Source: Sandaracinaceae bacterium
Lineage (GTDB): Bacteria; Myxococcota_A; Polyangia; Polyangiales; Sandaracinaceae
DNA: 64,000 nucleotides
Assembly (NCBI GenBank): GCA_045106715.1
Contig: JBGCFC010000009.1
Location: 192,001 to 256,000 of the forward strand
Reading direction: 5' to 3'
Shown: piece by piece, positions 1 through 9,137 of the stretch
How the letters are laid out: each line of letters starts with the position of its first letter
Position numbering within the stretch: the first letter of the stretch is position 1
Position numbers and translations under genes: made by a program
Notes under the pieces: model-generated
Database searches by the model: none
The model's input: the letters and a program-made list of their open reading frames with translations, nothing else
Told to the model about the DNA's origin: nothing

Positions 1-1038
1 CTGTTCTTTTGGGAGGCGGCGCGTCCCGCGCGGCTGCGCTTCGTGCCAGGGGCGCTGGTCGCCGTGGTGCTGGCCACGGCGGTCGCCCAGCTCGGAGACT
101 TCTCGGTCGCTTACGTCGAGCTGCCCGCATCGGCCGCCGCGTTGCTCAACGTGCCCTCGCTGTCTTCGTTCTCGCTCCTGCTCGACGGCCCCTTTGTCAC
201 GGCCACCCTGGCGCTCGCGGCGGTGGCCGCGGTGGAGAGCCTGCTGAGCGCGTCGGCGACCGACCAGCTGCACGACGACGAGCGCACCGACTACGACCGC
301 GAGCTGAAGGCGCTGGGTGTGGGCAACCTCGTCTGCGGCGCGCTGGGCGCCCTGCCGCTGACGGGGGTGATCGTGCGCTCCTCTGCCAACGCCGAGGCCG
401 GCGCGCGCACGCGGCTCTCGACCATCCTGCACGGCATCTGGCTCGCGGCGTTCCTGGTGTTGGCGCCCTGGATGCTGGCGTGGCTTCCGATCCCGGCGCT
501 CGCCGGGCTGCTGATCTTCATCGGTCTCAAGCTCATGAAGCCGGACAAGGTCAAGAAGCTCATGAAGGCGGAGCGGGGTGAGATCTGGGTCTACGCCACG
601 ACCCTCTTGGGCATCCTCCTGGTCGGACTTCTGTGGGGCCTCGCGCTGGGGTTCGCGGTGTCGTTGATTCGCCTGCTCTACACCTTCAGTCACCTCGAGG
701 TGGAGACGCGGCAGCAGGGTAGCCGCCACGACGTGAACCTGCGCGGCGCGGCGACGTTCATCGGTCTGCCCAAGCTCGCCGAGGCGCTCGAGGGACTGCC
801 GAGCGACTGCGAGGCGCACATCCACGTGGGCGGCCTCATGTACGTCGACCACGCTTGCCACGTGCTGCTGCGTGAGCAGGAGAAGCGCCTCGAGCGCGGT
901 GGCGGACAGCTCATCACGGAGTGGGACGACGTCGCGGAGCTTCGCGCCGCGCGGCCGGGGCTTCGTTGGTTGCCGGAGGCGCGACTTCCCAAGGCGCTGA
1001 CGCGCTCCGAGACGTTGACCCGCTCCGAGGCGTTGTGA
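1..1038 (+). CDS. SulP-family anion (sulfate/bicarbonate) permease, C-terminal part with STAS domain (5' end outside window)
   Basis: Frame 1 is open from base 1. Hydrophobic TM segments are followed by a cytoplasmic STAS-like domain (VIVRSSANAEAGARTRLST... then charged C-terminus). Stop at 1036-1038. Confidence 0.65.
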   Translation: MFFWEAARPARLRFVPGALVAVVLATAVAQLGDFSVAYVELPASAAALLNVPSLSSFSLLLDGPFVTATLALAAVAAVESLLSASATDQLHDDERTDYDRELKALGVGNLVCGALGALPLTGVIVRSSANAEAGARTRLSTILHGIWLAAFLVLAPWMLAWLPIPALAGLLIFIGLKLMKPDKVKKLMKAERGEIWVYATTLLGILLVGLLWGLALGFAVSLIRLLYTFSHLEVETRQQGSRHDVNLRGAATFIGLPKLAEALEGLPSDCEAHIHVGGLMYVDHACHVLLREQEKRLERGGGQLITEWDDVAELRAARPGLRWLPEARLPKALTRSETLTRSEAL

Positions 1039-1865
1039 ACGCCGCCACCAGGACGCGCTTTGTGTGCTGCGTCCTCGGGGTGTGGGCCAGTGGGTGCGGA
1101 CTCATTCAGCCCGTCAGTGACCGCGCTCCGATCGGCGCGACCTACCACGCGTCCAGCGGCGGCGAAGCAGATTGGGCGCCGGGCACGTCGAGCTGCTTGT
1201 TGGTGTTCCTGCCCGGAATCGGGGACCGCGCCGAGTCCTTCGACCGCGAGGGATTCGTCGAGGAGGCGCAGCGGGCGGACGTGGGCTGTGACCTCGCCCT
1301 CGTGGACGCGCACTTCACCTATTACCTCTACCAGAACGTGGTCCGACGGGTGGCCAACGATGTGCTCGTGGACGCCCGCGCGCGCTACGACAACATCTGG
1401 CTGGTGGGCATCTCGATCGGCGGTTACGGCGCGATGCTCACCGCGCGTGCGCACCCCGAGCTCGTGGACGGAGTGATCTTGCTCGCGCCGATGATCGGCG
1501 TGCCGCCGCGGGAGGACAACGCGACGGAGGAGGTCTTGGCGGCCGGAGGGCTTCGCGCGTGGCCAGGCGTCGAGGGCGAGATCCCACGTCCTCGGCATCT
1601 GCTCCGGGAGCCGCGGATCGTCTGGGACTGGCTGCACGACACGGTCGTCAACCCGGGTGCGCGAGGGCGCCTCGTCTTGGGTTACGGCACCGAGGACCGT
1701 CGGGTTCCGAGCTACGCCCTGCTCGGGGACGCGCTGCCCCGAGACGCGGTCTACCGGACGTCGGGCGCGCACGACTGGCCGACGTGGCGGGCGCTGTGGG
1801 CGCAGATGGTAAGGACGCGCCCGTGGGCGCCGCAGACGACGGGCGCCGCGAAGCGAGCGCCGTGA
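1035..1865 (+). CDS. alpha/beta-hydrolase fold lipoprotein (esterase/lipase-like)
   Basis: GTG start overlaps the upstream stop. Lipobox is VLGVWASGCG and the nucleophile elbow is GISIGG. A paralog (DLVAVDAHF..IWLVGISMGG..GTEDR) lies at 57502-58311. Confidence 0.65.
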   Translation: MNAATRTRFVCCVLGVWASGCGLIQPVSDRAPIGATYHASSGGEADWAPGTSSCLLVFLPGIGDRAESFDREGFVEEAQRADVGCDLALVDAHFTYYLYQNVVRRVANDVLVDARARYDNIWLVGISIGGYGAMLTARAHPELVDGVILLAPMIGVPPREDNATEEVLAAGGLRAWPGVEGEIPRPRHLLREPRIVWDWLHDTVVNPGARGRLVLGYGTEDRRVPSYALLGDALPRDAVYRTSGAHDWPTWRALWAQMVRTRPWAPQTTGAAKRAP

Positions 1866-4800
1866 TCAGCGCTGCGTGAGCGCGCCCTCGAGCGGCCCGC
1901 CGCTGGACGGCAAGAGCAGCACGTGGTCCACCTCCAGCACCACCTCGGGGGGCAGTCGGAGGGAGATCGCCTCCCGCACGCGGGCGTCCACGCGCACCTC
2001 GGACCACTCCCCGTCGACCTCCGCGTCCGTGCTGAGCTCGCCATCGACGAGCAGCGAGATCGAGGACGCGTGGCCCTGGTCGACCCGGCGGATCCGGAGC
2101 CTGAGGTCGGCGCGCTCCGAGAGCGCGGCCGGCACCGCGACCGGAATGCGCACGACGTCGCCTTCGGTCCGGCATGTGGTCTGACCCAGGTAGACCCATT
2201 CGTGGTCCGGGTCGCGGGCGCGGCACCCGACAAAACCCTCGCGGGCCACATCGGGGCCGAGATCGGCGCCTCCCACCTCGGTTCCGATCGCGCCCAGCCG
2301 CACGAGAGACTCCGACGCGCTCGGCAGATCCTCCGCGACGACCAGGGTGATCAGCTGCGGAACGGTGTCGCGAGCGCCGAGCTGCCCGAACGCCCGCGCG
2401 ATCGCGTCTCGCACGCTGCTCTGCACGGAGGATTCGAGCTGCGCCTGAAGCGGAGGAAGCGCCCTCCGGTCGCCCACCCGGCCCAGCGCGATCGCGGCGC
2501 GTCGGCGGAGCCGAGGGTCGTCGAGCATCCCGATCAGCGGCGTGACCGAACGCGGGTCGCCGAGCGAGCCCAACAGGTGCACCGCGTCGCGTCGCACGCG
2601 ATGCGGGTGCCCGCCCTCGAGCGCTTCGATCAAGGTTGGCACGGCCTCGGGGTCGCCAAGCCAACCTCGTGACAGTCCCACCCTGAGCCAGCGCGGGTCG
2701 CTCTCGGGGAGCTGCGCCGTCAGGCGCTGGAGCGGGACGGCCGCGCGCGTGTCCCGCAGACGACCGAGCGCGATCGCCGCCTCGGTTGCGACCTCGGTCT
2801 CGCGGTCGTCGAGGGCCTCGGCGAGCTCCTCGGGAGGCGTCCGAGCCAGGACTCCGAGAAGCGTCGCGGCCTCGGCCCGAAGCGCAGGTTCGGCTTCGAC
2901 GTCCGCCAAGAGCGTGAGCAGAACGGGTACGGCCGAGCGGTCCGCAGCGCGGCCCTGGTGGAGCGCGACGAGGTAGGGGTCGAGACCCTCTGCCAGGCCG
3001 TCGAGCCAAGCGCGGACCTCGGCGTCGAGCTCCTCGACCACCTCGGGGGAGGCGTCGGCGAGGTTGTGCCGCTCGCGTGGATCGGCCTCGAGATCAAACA
3101 GCTCATAGGTGCCGTAGCGCACGTCGAGCACGAGCTTGTGCGGCCAGCGGACGGCCATGTGCCGCGAGCCCGCGGTGGCGAACGTCGGCCCCAGGTCCAT
3201 CTCCTGCCCGGTCAATGCGGGGCGCAGATCGTTGCCCTCCATGCTGGGGGCGGGCGGCTGGCCGACCAGACCGAGCAGCGTCGGGGTCAGGTCCACCGTG
3301 GAGACGGGCGTGGTCACCCGCCTCCCCTCGCCGTTCGGCAGGCGGATGAGCAGCGGCACGCGGATCTGCTCTTGGTACACGGTGGAGCCGTGGAAGACGC
3401 CGCCGTGGTCCCGAAACTCTTCGCCGTGGTCCGCCGTCACCGCGAGAATCACCGGCCGACTCAGGCGTGCCTCGACGCCCGCGAGCAGCCGCTCGAGCGC
3501 GCGGTCGACCGCCCGAATCTCAGAGTCGTAGCGTGCGACGTCCGACGTCCCGAGCGACGTGTCGCGGTAGGGCTCGTGCACATCGAAGTAGTGGACCCAG
3601 AACAAAGACGGCGGCTCTCCCGCGGCCGCCACGGCGTCGACCTCGGCGAGCGCTTCGTCCGTTTTGACCTCGGCGCCGCGCTCGCCGTGCGCACGGTGGC
3701 GAAACCCGAACCCGCTGTCGCGGAGCCCGCGCAGGCGCTCGCCGTCCGTGTGGAAGATGCCCTCGGTGTAGATGGCCGTGGAGTGATAGCCGACCTCGTC
3801 GAGCTCCCCCGCGAGGGTGGCGCTCGGGACGTCCAAGCCGCGCTGGGTGCGCTGCAGCACGTAGGAGGAGGTCATCAGCGAGCTGATGGAGTAGCTCGAG
3901 TGGGGGGCTGGCGCGCTCGCTTGTTCGAAGACGATCGACTCCGCGGCGAGGCGGTCGAGGGTCGGGGAGACCGCGCGCTCGCGGTAGCCGTAGAGGCCGA
4001 GATGATCGGCGCGCAGCGCGTCGATGGTGACGAGCAGGATGTGCGCTCCTTCGAACATCAGGCCCTCGGTGACCGCGGCCGACAGGCGTCGTGCGCGACT
4101 ACGTCGAAGCTGGGTCCTCCGGGCCTGCGCGATGGAGTCCGCCCGGGCTCGCGGCCCACGCGCGCGGAGGGGACCGAGCACTTGCATGACCCCGCGACTG
4201 GAAGGGGAGCGAGGAGACAGGACGGCCAGGTGGACCGTCTGGTTGTCGCCGAGGGTCATCACGTTCAGCGCCAGCGCGCCAAGCAGCCCGAGCATGGCCG
4301 GGACCGCGACCCGCCACGATCCCGTCGGGGAGGGCAGCGACCAGGCGGCGGCCAAGACGAACGCCCCCCAGGCGACGAACCCGGTGGCGGCGTGGAGGTA
4401 GGCGTAGAGCCCTGGCAGCACCATGCGATCGGCGACGAGCAGCGCGGCGCCGACGACCAGGAGCCCGAATGACGCGGGCCGACGCCGCGATGGGTCCAGC
4501 GTGGCGACGCGGCGAAGGACATGCGTTGCGCCCGCCGAGAGGAAGAGCAGCACGACCGCGACGAGCGCGACGCCCATGAACCGATAGGGAAGACGACGCG
4601 CGCTGCCACCTGTGAAGAGCAGCCACGCGATCGCGCTGAGCGGCAGCGCGAACAGCCCAACGTAGGCCCACGTAGGCGACCGGAGGCGTTCGGCGCGCGC
4701 GGCGAACACCGCGAGCGCGCCACCGGCAAGCGCGCCGATCGGGACCAGAAGAAACAGCAGCCGAACGCACAGCGCGACCCGGTGCTCCGCGACTGAGGCG

Positions 4801-4898
4801 GCGCCCATCGCGAAGTCCGAAAAGGTGATGGGCAATGCGCCGACGGCACCGGCGAGCGCTCCCCGTACTGCCTCGCTCGCTCCGCCCTGCCCGCGCAT
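1866..4898 (-). CDS. polytopic membrane protein with sulfatase-family (alkaline-phosphatase superfamily, PF00884-like) domain and C-terminal HEAT/PBS-lyase-type repeats
   Basis: Large minus ORF. The part upstream of ~4900 overlaps the nitroreductase and is R-rich, so the start is placed at an internal ATG (4898, alternative 4808). There are several TM helices. Sulfatase N-domain motifs LLVTIDALRADHLGLYGY and VTADHGEEF are present. The C-terminus has repeated AVPxLIxxLxDxxxxVRxxAxxALGxLGD units (HEAT-like). Confidence 0.6.
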   Translation of the reverse strand: MRGQGGASEAVRGALAGAVGALPITFSDFAMGAASVAEHRVALCVRLLFLLVPIGALAGGALAVFAARAERLRSPTWAYVGLFALPLSAIAWLLFTGGSARRLPYRFMGVALVAVVLLFLSAGATHVLRRVATLDPSRRRPASFGLLVVGAALLVADRMVLPGLYAYLHAATGFVAWGAFVLAAAWSLPSPTGSWRVAVPAMLGLLGALALNVMTLGDNQTVHLAVLSPRSPSSRGVMQVLGPLRARGPRARADSIAQARRTQLRRSRARRLSAAVTEGLMFEGAHILLVTIDALRADHLGLYGYRERAVSPTLDRLAAESIVFEQASAPAPHSSYSISSLMTSSYVLQRTQRGLDVPSATLAGELDEVGYHSTAIYTEGIFHTDGERLRGLRDSGFGFRHRAHGERGAEVKTDEALAEVDAVAAAGEPPSLFWVHYFDVHEPYRDTSLGTSDVARYDSEIRAVDRALERLLAGVEARLSRPVILAVTADHGEEFRDHGGVFHGSTVYQEQIRVPLLIRLPNGEGRRVTTPVSTVDLTPTLLGLVGQPPAPSMEGNDLRPALTGQEMDLGPTFATAGSRHMAVRWPHKLVLDVRYGTYELFDLEADPRERHNLADASPEVVEELDAEVRAWLDGLAEGLDPYLVALHQGRAADRSAVPVLLTLLADVEAEPALRAEAATLLGVLARTPPEELAEALDDRETEVATEAAIALGRLRDTRAAVPLQRLTAQLPESDPRWLRVGLSRGWLGDPEAVPTLIEALEGGHPHRVRRDAVHLLGSLGDPRSVTPLIGMLDDPRLRRRAAIALGRVGDRRALPPLQAQLESSVQSSVRDAIARAFGQLGARDTVPQLITLVVAEDLPSASESLVRLGAIGTEVGGADLGPDVAREGFVGCRARDPDHEWVYLGQTTCRTEGDVVRIPVAVPAALSERADLRLRIRRVDQGHASSISLLVDGELSTDAEVDGEWSEVRVDARVREAISLRLPPEVVLEVDHVLLLPSSGGPLEGALTQR

Positions 4899-5003
4899 CC
4901 GCGGCAAGAATGCCCGGAGGCGGCGAGAATGCAACGGGAGCGTGAGGCGACCCGTGACGTCGGCCTCCCGAGGCCCCGCTGGCGTGCCGGCGCGGTCGCG
5001 AGC

Positions 5004-5678
5004 ATGGTCCGCGTCATGGACGTCGAGCAGGCGCTGCAGGAGCGGCGGAGTGTGCGCGGGTTTCTCCCCGAGCCGGTGAAGGCCGAGGTGTTGGAGCGCG
5101 TCTTCGCGCAGGCCCAGCGCGCGCCCAGCTGGTGCAACATCCAGCCGTGGCGGGTGTGGGTGGCGTCGGGCGCCACGCGGGACCGTCTGGTGGCCTCGTA
5201 CATCGAGGCGGCGAAGTCGGGGATGCCGGAGCCGGAGCTCGCGTGGCCGGGCGCGTACCCCGAGCCCTACGGGGCCCACCGCAAGGCATGCGGGATCGCG
5301 CTCTACGGGGCGATGGGCGTGACGCGCGAAGACAAGGCGGGGAGGTACGCGGCGTGGATGCGGAACTACGAGGCGTTCGACGCGCCGCACGTCGCGATCG
5401 TCGGCTTCGATACCCGCATCGGCATCTACGCGGGGCTCGACGTGGGGTGCTGGCTTCAGTCGCTCCTCCTCGCCGCCTGGAGCGAGGGCATCGCCAGCTG
5501 CGCCATGGCGAGCCTCGCCGCCTACCCCGGTCCGGCGCGCGCGGTGCTGAACATCCCCGAAGACGTGAGCCTCGCGTTCGGGTTGGCGCTCGGCTTCGAA
5601 GACACGAGCGTCGCCGCCAACGCCTGCCGAACCGAGCGCGCGCCCCTCGGCGACAACGTCACCTTCGTCTCCGAGTGA
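5004..5678 (+). CDS. nitroreductase family protein (NfsB/NfnB-like, FMN-dependent)
   Basis: Motifs RRSVRGF, CNIQPWRVWV and a C-terminal GxxxGF pattern. Start chosen at internal Met (MVRVMD); the upstream part of the ORF is R-rich. Confidence 0.8.
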   Translation: MVRVMDVEQALQERRSVRGFLPEPVKAEVLERVFAQAQRAPSWCNIQPWRVWVASGATRDRLVASYIEAAKSGMPEPELAWPGAYPEPYGAHRKACGIALYGAMGVTREDKAGRYAAWMRNYEAFDAPHVAIVGFDTRIGIYAGLDVGCWLQSLLLAAWSEGIASCAMASLAAYPGPARAVLNIPEDVSLAFGLALGFEDTSVAANACRTERAPLGDNVTFVSE

Positions 5679-5713
5679 CGGTCGCGGGTTCCACGCCCTT
5701 GTGACCCGGGCCC

Positions 5714-7663
5714 GTGGCATGCTGCGAGGGCGTGGTTTCCTCCGGTCAGCAGCTTGGCTCGTACGAGGTCGTGGCGCGCCTCGGTCGGGGCGGCATGGCG
5801 TCGCTCTTTCTCGGAAGGCGCTCGGGCCCGGCGGACTTCAGTCGATTCGTCGCCCTTAAAGTCGTGCACGAGGAGCTCGCCCACGACGTCAAGCTCATCG
5901 AAATGCTCCTGGATGAGGCGCGCATGGCCGTGCACGTCCAGCACCCCAACGTCGTGCGGGTGGAGGAACTCGGCGAGGCGGACGGCCGGCCCTACCTCGT
6001 CATGGAGTACGTGGACGGGGTGACCTTGTCCGCCGTGCTCGCGGGCTTGGTTCAGCGCCGGGAGCTGTTGCCGGTCGCGACCGCCGTTCACCTCGCCGCT
6101 GAGGTCGCGGCGGGGTTGCACGCGGCGCACGACGCGACCGACGAGCGCGGCCGTCCGCTCGGCATGGTGCATCGGGACGTCAGCCCCCAAAACGTGATGA
6201 TCAGCGCCCACGGGCACGTGAAGGTCATCGACTTTGGCGTCGCCAAGGCGAAGGGCCGGCTGACGCAGACCGCGCACGGGGCCATCAAGGGCAAGCTCGC
6301 GTACATGGCGCCGGAGCAGGTGGGCGGCGAGCCGGTGGACCGCCGCACGGACGTCTTTGCGCTCGGCATCCTGCTTTGGGAGATGCTGACCCGCCGTCGC
6401 CTGTTCTTCTCCCGCGACAGCGCCAAGACGATCGCGTGGATCCGTGAGGCGCAGGTCATCCCGCCGCGCGAGCACCGGCCGGAGATCCCGCCGGAGCTGG
6501 AGACGATCGTGATGCGCGCGCTCTCTCGAAACCCGGAGGACCGCTACGCCACCGCCGCCGGCATGAGACGCGCTCTGATGACCAGCGCCGCATTTGCGTC
6601 CATCGAGCCGGCCGAGCTCGCGTCCATGGTGCGCGTCGCTGCGCGAGACCAGCTCAAGCAGGCCCGGCCCACGATGTCGCCGTCCCTGATGGAGAAGACG
6701 CTCGTCTCGCATCCAGACCGGCCGCTCCCGCTATCGGTGGACGCCCTCGTGCAGGCGATCCGCGAAGGTCTCACCAACCAGGACGAGGCGACGTTCGGCG
6801 CGGTGGATGTGCTCTTGTTCGCGTTTGGAAGGCCGGACGCGGTCGAGGCGGTGCTGGGCGCGGAGCGAGGTCGCATCGCCGACGGAGTCCGTGCGCGGAT
6901 CGCCGCCCACCGGGGCGACTTGTCCGAAGAGCTGAGGCTGCGCGAGTCCGTCCGCGGACTCATGCGCGAAGACGAGCAGGCCGACGCGCAGCACTACGCC
7001 CACGCGACGCTCGACTGCGCATCCGTCTTGGTGAAGCTCGGTGCGTATGCCCGGGCGGAGCAGCAGCTGCGCAAGGCGCTCGGAGGAGGGCTGCGGGCCA
7101 CGCCACGAACCGCGGAGGCGTGGCTGTTGCTCGCCCGCACCCGGGTCGGTCAGGGACGGTTTGGACAAGCCGAGGATGACTTCGAGAGGGCGGCCGACGA
7201 GGCCGAACGAAGCGGCGTCGGCGAAGTGGTCCTGCACGTCGCGGTGGCGCGCGCCGCGTCGGCGTTCCTCTCCGGGCGGCGCGTTCTGGCGCGCGCAGAA
7301 GCGGAGCGAGCGCAGGATCTGGCCCGGCTCGCCGACCACACCGTGTGGCGGGTGCGCGCGTTCATCGAAGTCTCGCGTGCGTCGCTGGCGACGCGCGATA
7401 CGAAGGCCGCCGTCAAGGCCGCCCAAGAGGTGGAGCGGCTGGGTCGCCGTCAGGGGTTGAAGCTCGACACGCCGGAGATCGCGCCGGTCTTGGCGCTGGC
7501 GGCGGAGCTCGACGGCCGCCGTGACGACGCGGAGGTGATGCGTCGCTCTGCACGCGCGGCGCTGCTCGAGCGGGCCGCGAAGATCTCGGATCCCGAGTGG
7601 CGCGCCCGCTTCCTTGCGGACATCCCGGCGCATGCCGAGCTGATGCGCGACACGCACCCCTGA
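5714..7663 (+). CDS. Ser/Thr protein kinase (Hanks-type) with C-terminal TPR-like/helical domain
   Basis: Gly-rich loop LGRGGMASLF, VALK, HRDVSPQN, DFG, APE. GTG start. Long Ala/Arg-rich helical C-terminus. Confidence 0.85.
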   Translation: MACCEGVVSSGQQLGSYEVVARLGRGGMASLFLGRRSGPADFSRFVALKVVHEELAHDVKLIEMLLDEARMAVHVQHPNVVRVEELGEADGRPYLVMEYVDGVTLSAVLAGLVQRRELLPVATAVHLAAEVAAGLHAAHDATDERGRPLGMVHRDVSPQNVMISAHGHVKVIDFGVAKAKGRLTQTAHGAIKGKLAYMAPEQVGGEPVDRRTDVFALGILLWEMLTRRRLFFSRDSAKTIAWIREAQVIPPREHRPEIPPELETIVMRALSRNPEDRYATAAGMRRALMTSAAFASIEPAELASMVRVAARDQLKQARPTMSPSLMEKTLVSHPDRPLPLSVDALVQAIREGLTNQDEATFGAVDVLLFAFGRPDAVEAVLGAERGRIADGVRARIAAHRGDLSEELRLRESVRGLMREDEQADAQHYAHATLDCASVLVKLGAYARAEQQLRKALGGGLRATPRTAEAWLLLARTRVGQGRFGQAEDDFERAADEAERSGVGEVVLHVAVARAASAFLSGRRVLARAEAERAQDLARLADHTVWRVRAFIEVSRASLATRDTKAAVKAAQEVERLGRRQGLKLDTPEIAPVLALAAELDGRRDDAEVMRRSARAALLERAAKISDPEWRARFLADIPAHAELMRDTHP

Positions 7664-7736
7664 GGGCAGACGGGCGTGGTTCCCGATACGGCGTCACGAT
7701 GAGGCAACTTTGCGATCACGCGACGGTCGCACCGCC

Positions 7737-8543
7737 ATGCGGCGGTGCTGGTGGTTCATGATGGCCTCGACGTGTCTGGCGTGCGCGCCCACCCGTCTGC
7801 CGGTCGTCTCGGCCCGCCAGCCGGCCGCTGTGGCGCCCTCCACGCTTGCGGCCCCCTCGGTGCCAGCGGCCTTCTCTGCTCCGGGCGCCTTCGCTCGGGA
7901 GCTCCACCTCCAGTGCCGTGCCTTCGACGCGTCCTGCTCGAGCAGCGTCGGCATGCTGGCCCGCGCGGCGGAACCCGAGGCGCAGCGCTGCACGGTTTCG
8001 CTCATCGCCCCCGACCGGGTCATCACCGCCAGCCATTGTCTGCGCCCCGAGGAGCGGGTCGCGGGAGCGTCGTGCACCGGAGAATGGGTCGCCTTTCCTG
8101 GCGAAGGCGGCGCGCCGATGGAGTGGGTGGCGTGCGCCGAGGTAGAGCGCGCCAACGCCGTCGATGAGACCAGCGTGATGCGAAACGACGTCGCCGTGTT
8201 GCGGTTGGCGCGTGCGGTGGTGCGGCCCGTGTTGGAGGTCGACCCGAGGCCACCGGAGGAGGGCAGCGTCGTGACCGTGGTCGCCGTGCAACCGCACCCG
8301 ATCTACGGGAGCCAGCACGAGATCGAGGGCCGACGCTGCCGGGTGGCCACACAACAGAGTGCCTCGGAGGTGTTCGGCGACGCGGCGCGCGCGGTCGGCT
8401 GGCTGATGGACTGCCCCTCGCAGCCGGGCAACTCGGGCTCTCCGGTGCTCGACGCACGGGGACGCATCCGTGCGCTCATGCACGGCGGCTCGGCCCCGCT
8501 TCACGGCGTGGGGGTCACGTCCGGCCTTGGTCTCCTTCGCTGA
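7737..8543 (+). CDS. secreted trypsin-like serine peptidase (S1 family), lipobox signal
   Basis: Signal MRRCWWFMMASTCLAC. Catalytic His motif ITASHC, Asp region NDVAVLRL, Ser motif GNSGSPV. Confidence 0.7.
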   Translation: MRRCWWFMMASTCLACAPTRLPVVSARQPAAVAPSTLAAPSVPAAFSAPGAFARELHLQCRAFDASCSSSVGMLARAAEPEAQRCTVSLIAPDRVITASHCLRPEERVAGASCTGEWVAFPGEGGAPMEWVACAEVERANAVDETSVMRNDVAVLRLARAVVRPVLEVDPRPPEEGSVVTVVAVQPHPIYGSQHEIEGRRCRVATQQSASEVFGDAARAVGWLMDCPSQPGNSGSPVLDARGRIRALMHGGSAPLHGVGVTSGLGLLR

Positions 8544-8547
8544 CGTC

Positions 8548-9129
8548 TCAGCTCGCGCCGACGGGGCTGGCGGCGGCGGGAGGCGTGGGCAGCTCGCAGC
8601 GATCGATCTCGCTGCACGCGTCGTCGACGCACGCGCACCGGCGCTGTTGGATCTGGCCTCCCAGGCGCCAGACGCGCACGCGGTTCTGCTGACTCGAGCC
8701 GTTGCCGGAGACGGTGTACTGGGTGTCGCAGTGCCGTGCTTCGCAGGTGGACTCGAACTCGACGGTGAGCCCCCGTGCCGCGCTCGCCCGCTGGAGGTCG
8801 GTTTCCATGGCGCGCACGGCGTGGTCAGCGGACAGCCCCTCGCTCCGGCTCGGGCTCAGGTCGAGGATGGTCAAGGAGAAGTCCGGCGACGGGCCGTCGA
8901 TGCCGACGGCGACCATCTCCATCCGACCGTCCGGATCGCTCGCTCGCGCCGCGGCTTGCAAACGCTCGAGTCCGCGCGCGGGTACGGGGTCCCAGGCCGA
9001 AGGCAAGTTGGCGCGGATGCCGCCGATGCGGAGGAAGCGTCGCGGCACCTCCGGCTCCGGTGGGGGCTCGGCGTTTGTCGAACATGCGAGCAAGAGCATC
9101 ACCAGCAGCGCGCCGACCGCACGTCCCAT
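8548..9129 (-). CDS. hypothetical lipoprotein
   Basis: Internal ATG with GAGAGG RBS just downstream of the acyl-CoA dehydrogenase stop. Lipobox LLLACST. The upstream 130 codons of the ORF are R-rich and overlap the ACAD, so they are excluded. Confidence 0.5.
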   Translation of the reverse strand: MGRAVGALLVMLLLACSTNAEPPPEPEVPRRFLRIGGIRANLPSAWDPVPARGLERLQAAARASDPDGRMEMVAVGIDGPSPDFSLTILDLSPSRSEGLSADHAVRAMETDLQRASAARGLTVEFESTCEARHCDTQYTVSGNGSSQQNRVRVWRLGGQIQQRRCACVDDACSEIDRCELPTPPAAASPVGAS

Positions 9130-9137
9130 GCAACCTC

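Noticed and set aside
1648-4770. Several 100-500-aa ORFs (1648-3009 minus, 2958-4472 plus, 4099-4770 minus and others) inside the sulfatase-family gene
   Set aside because: They are overlapping alternative frames and R/P-rich. The sulfatase frame has clear domain motifs.
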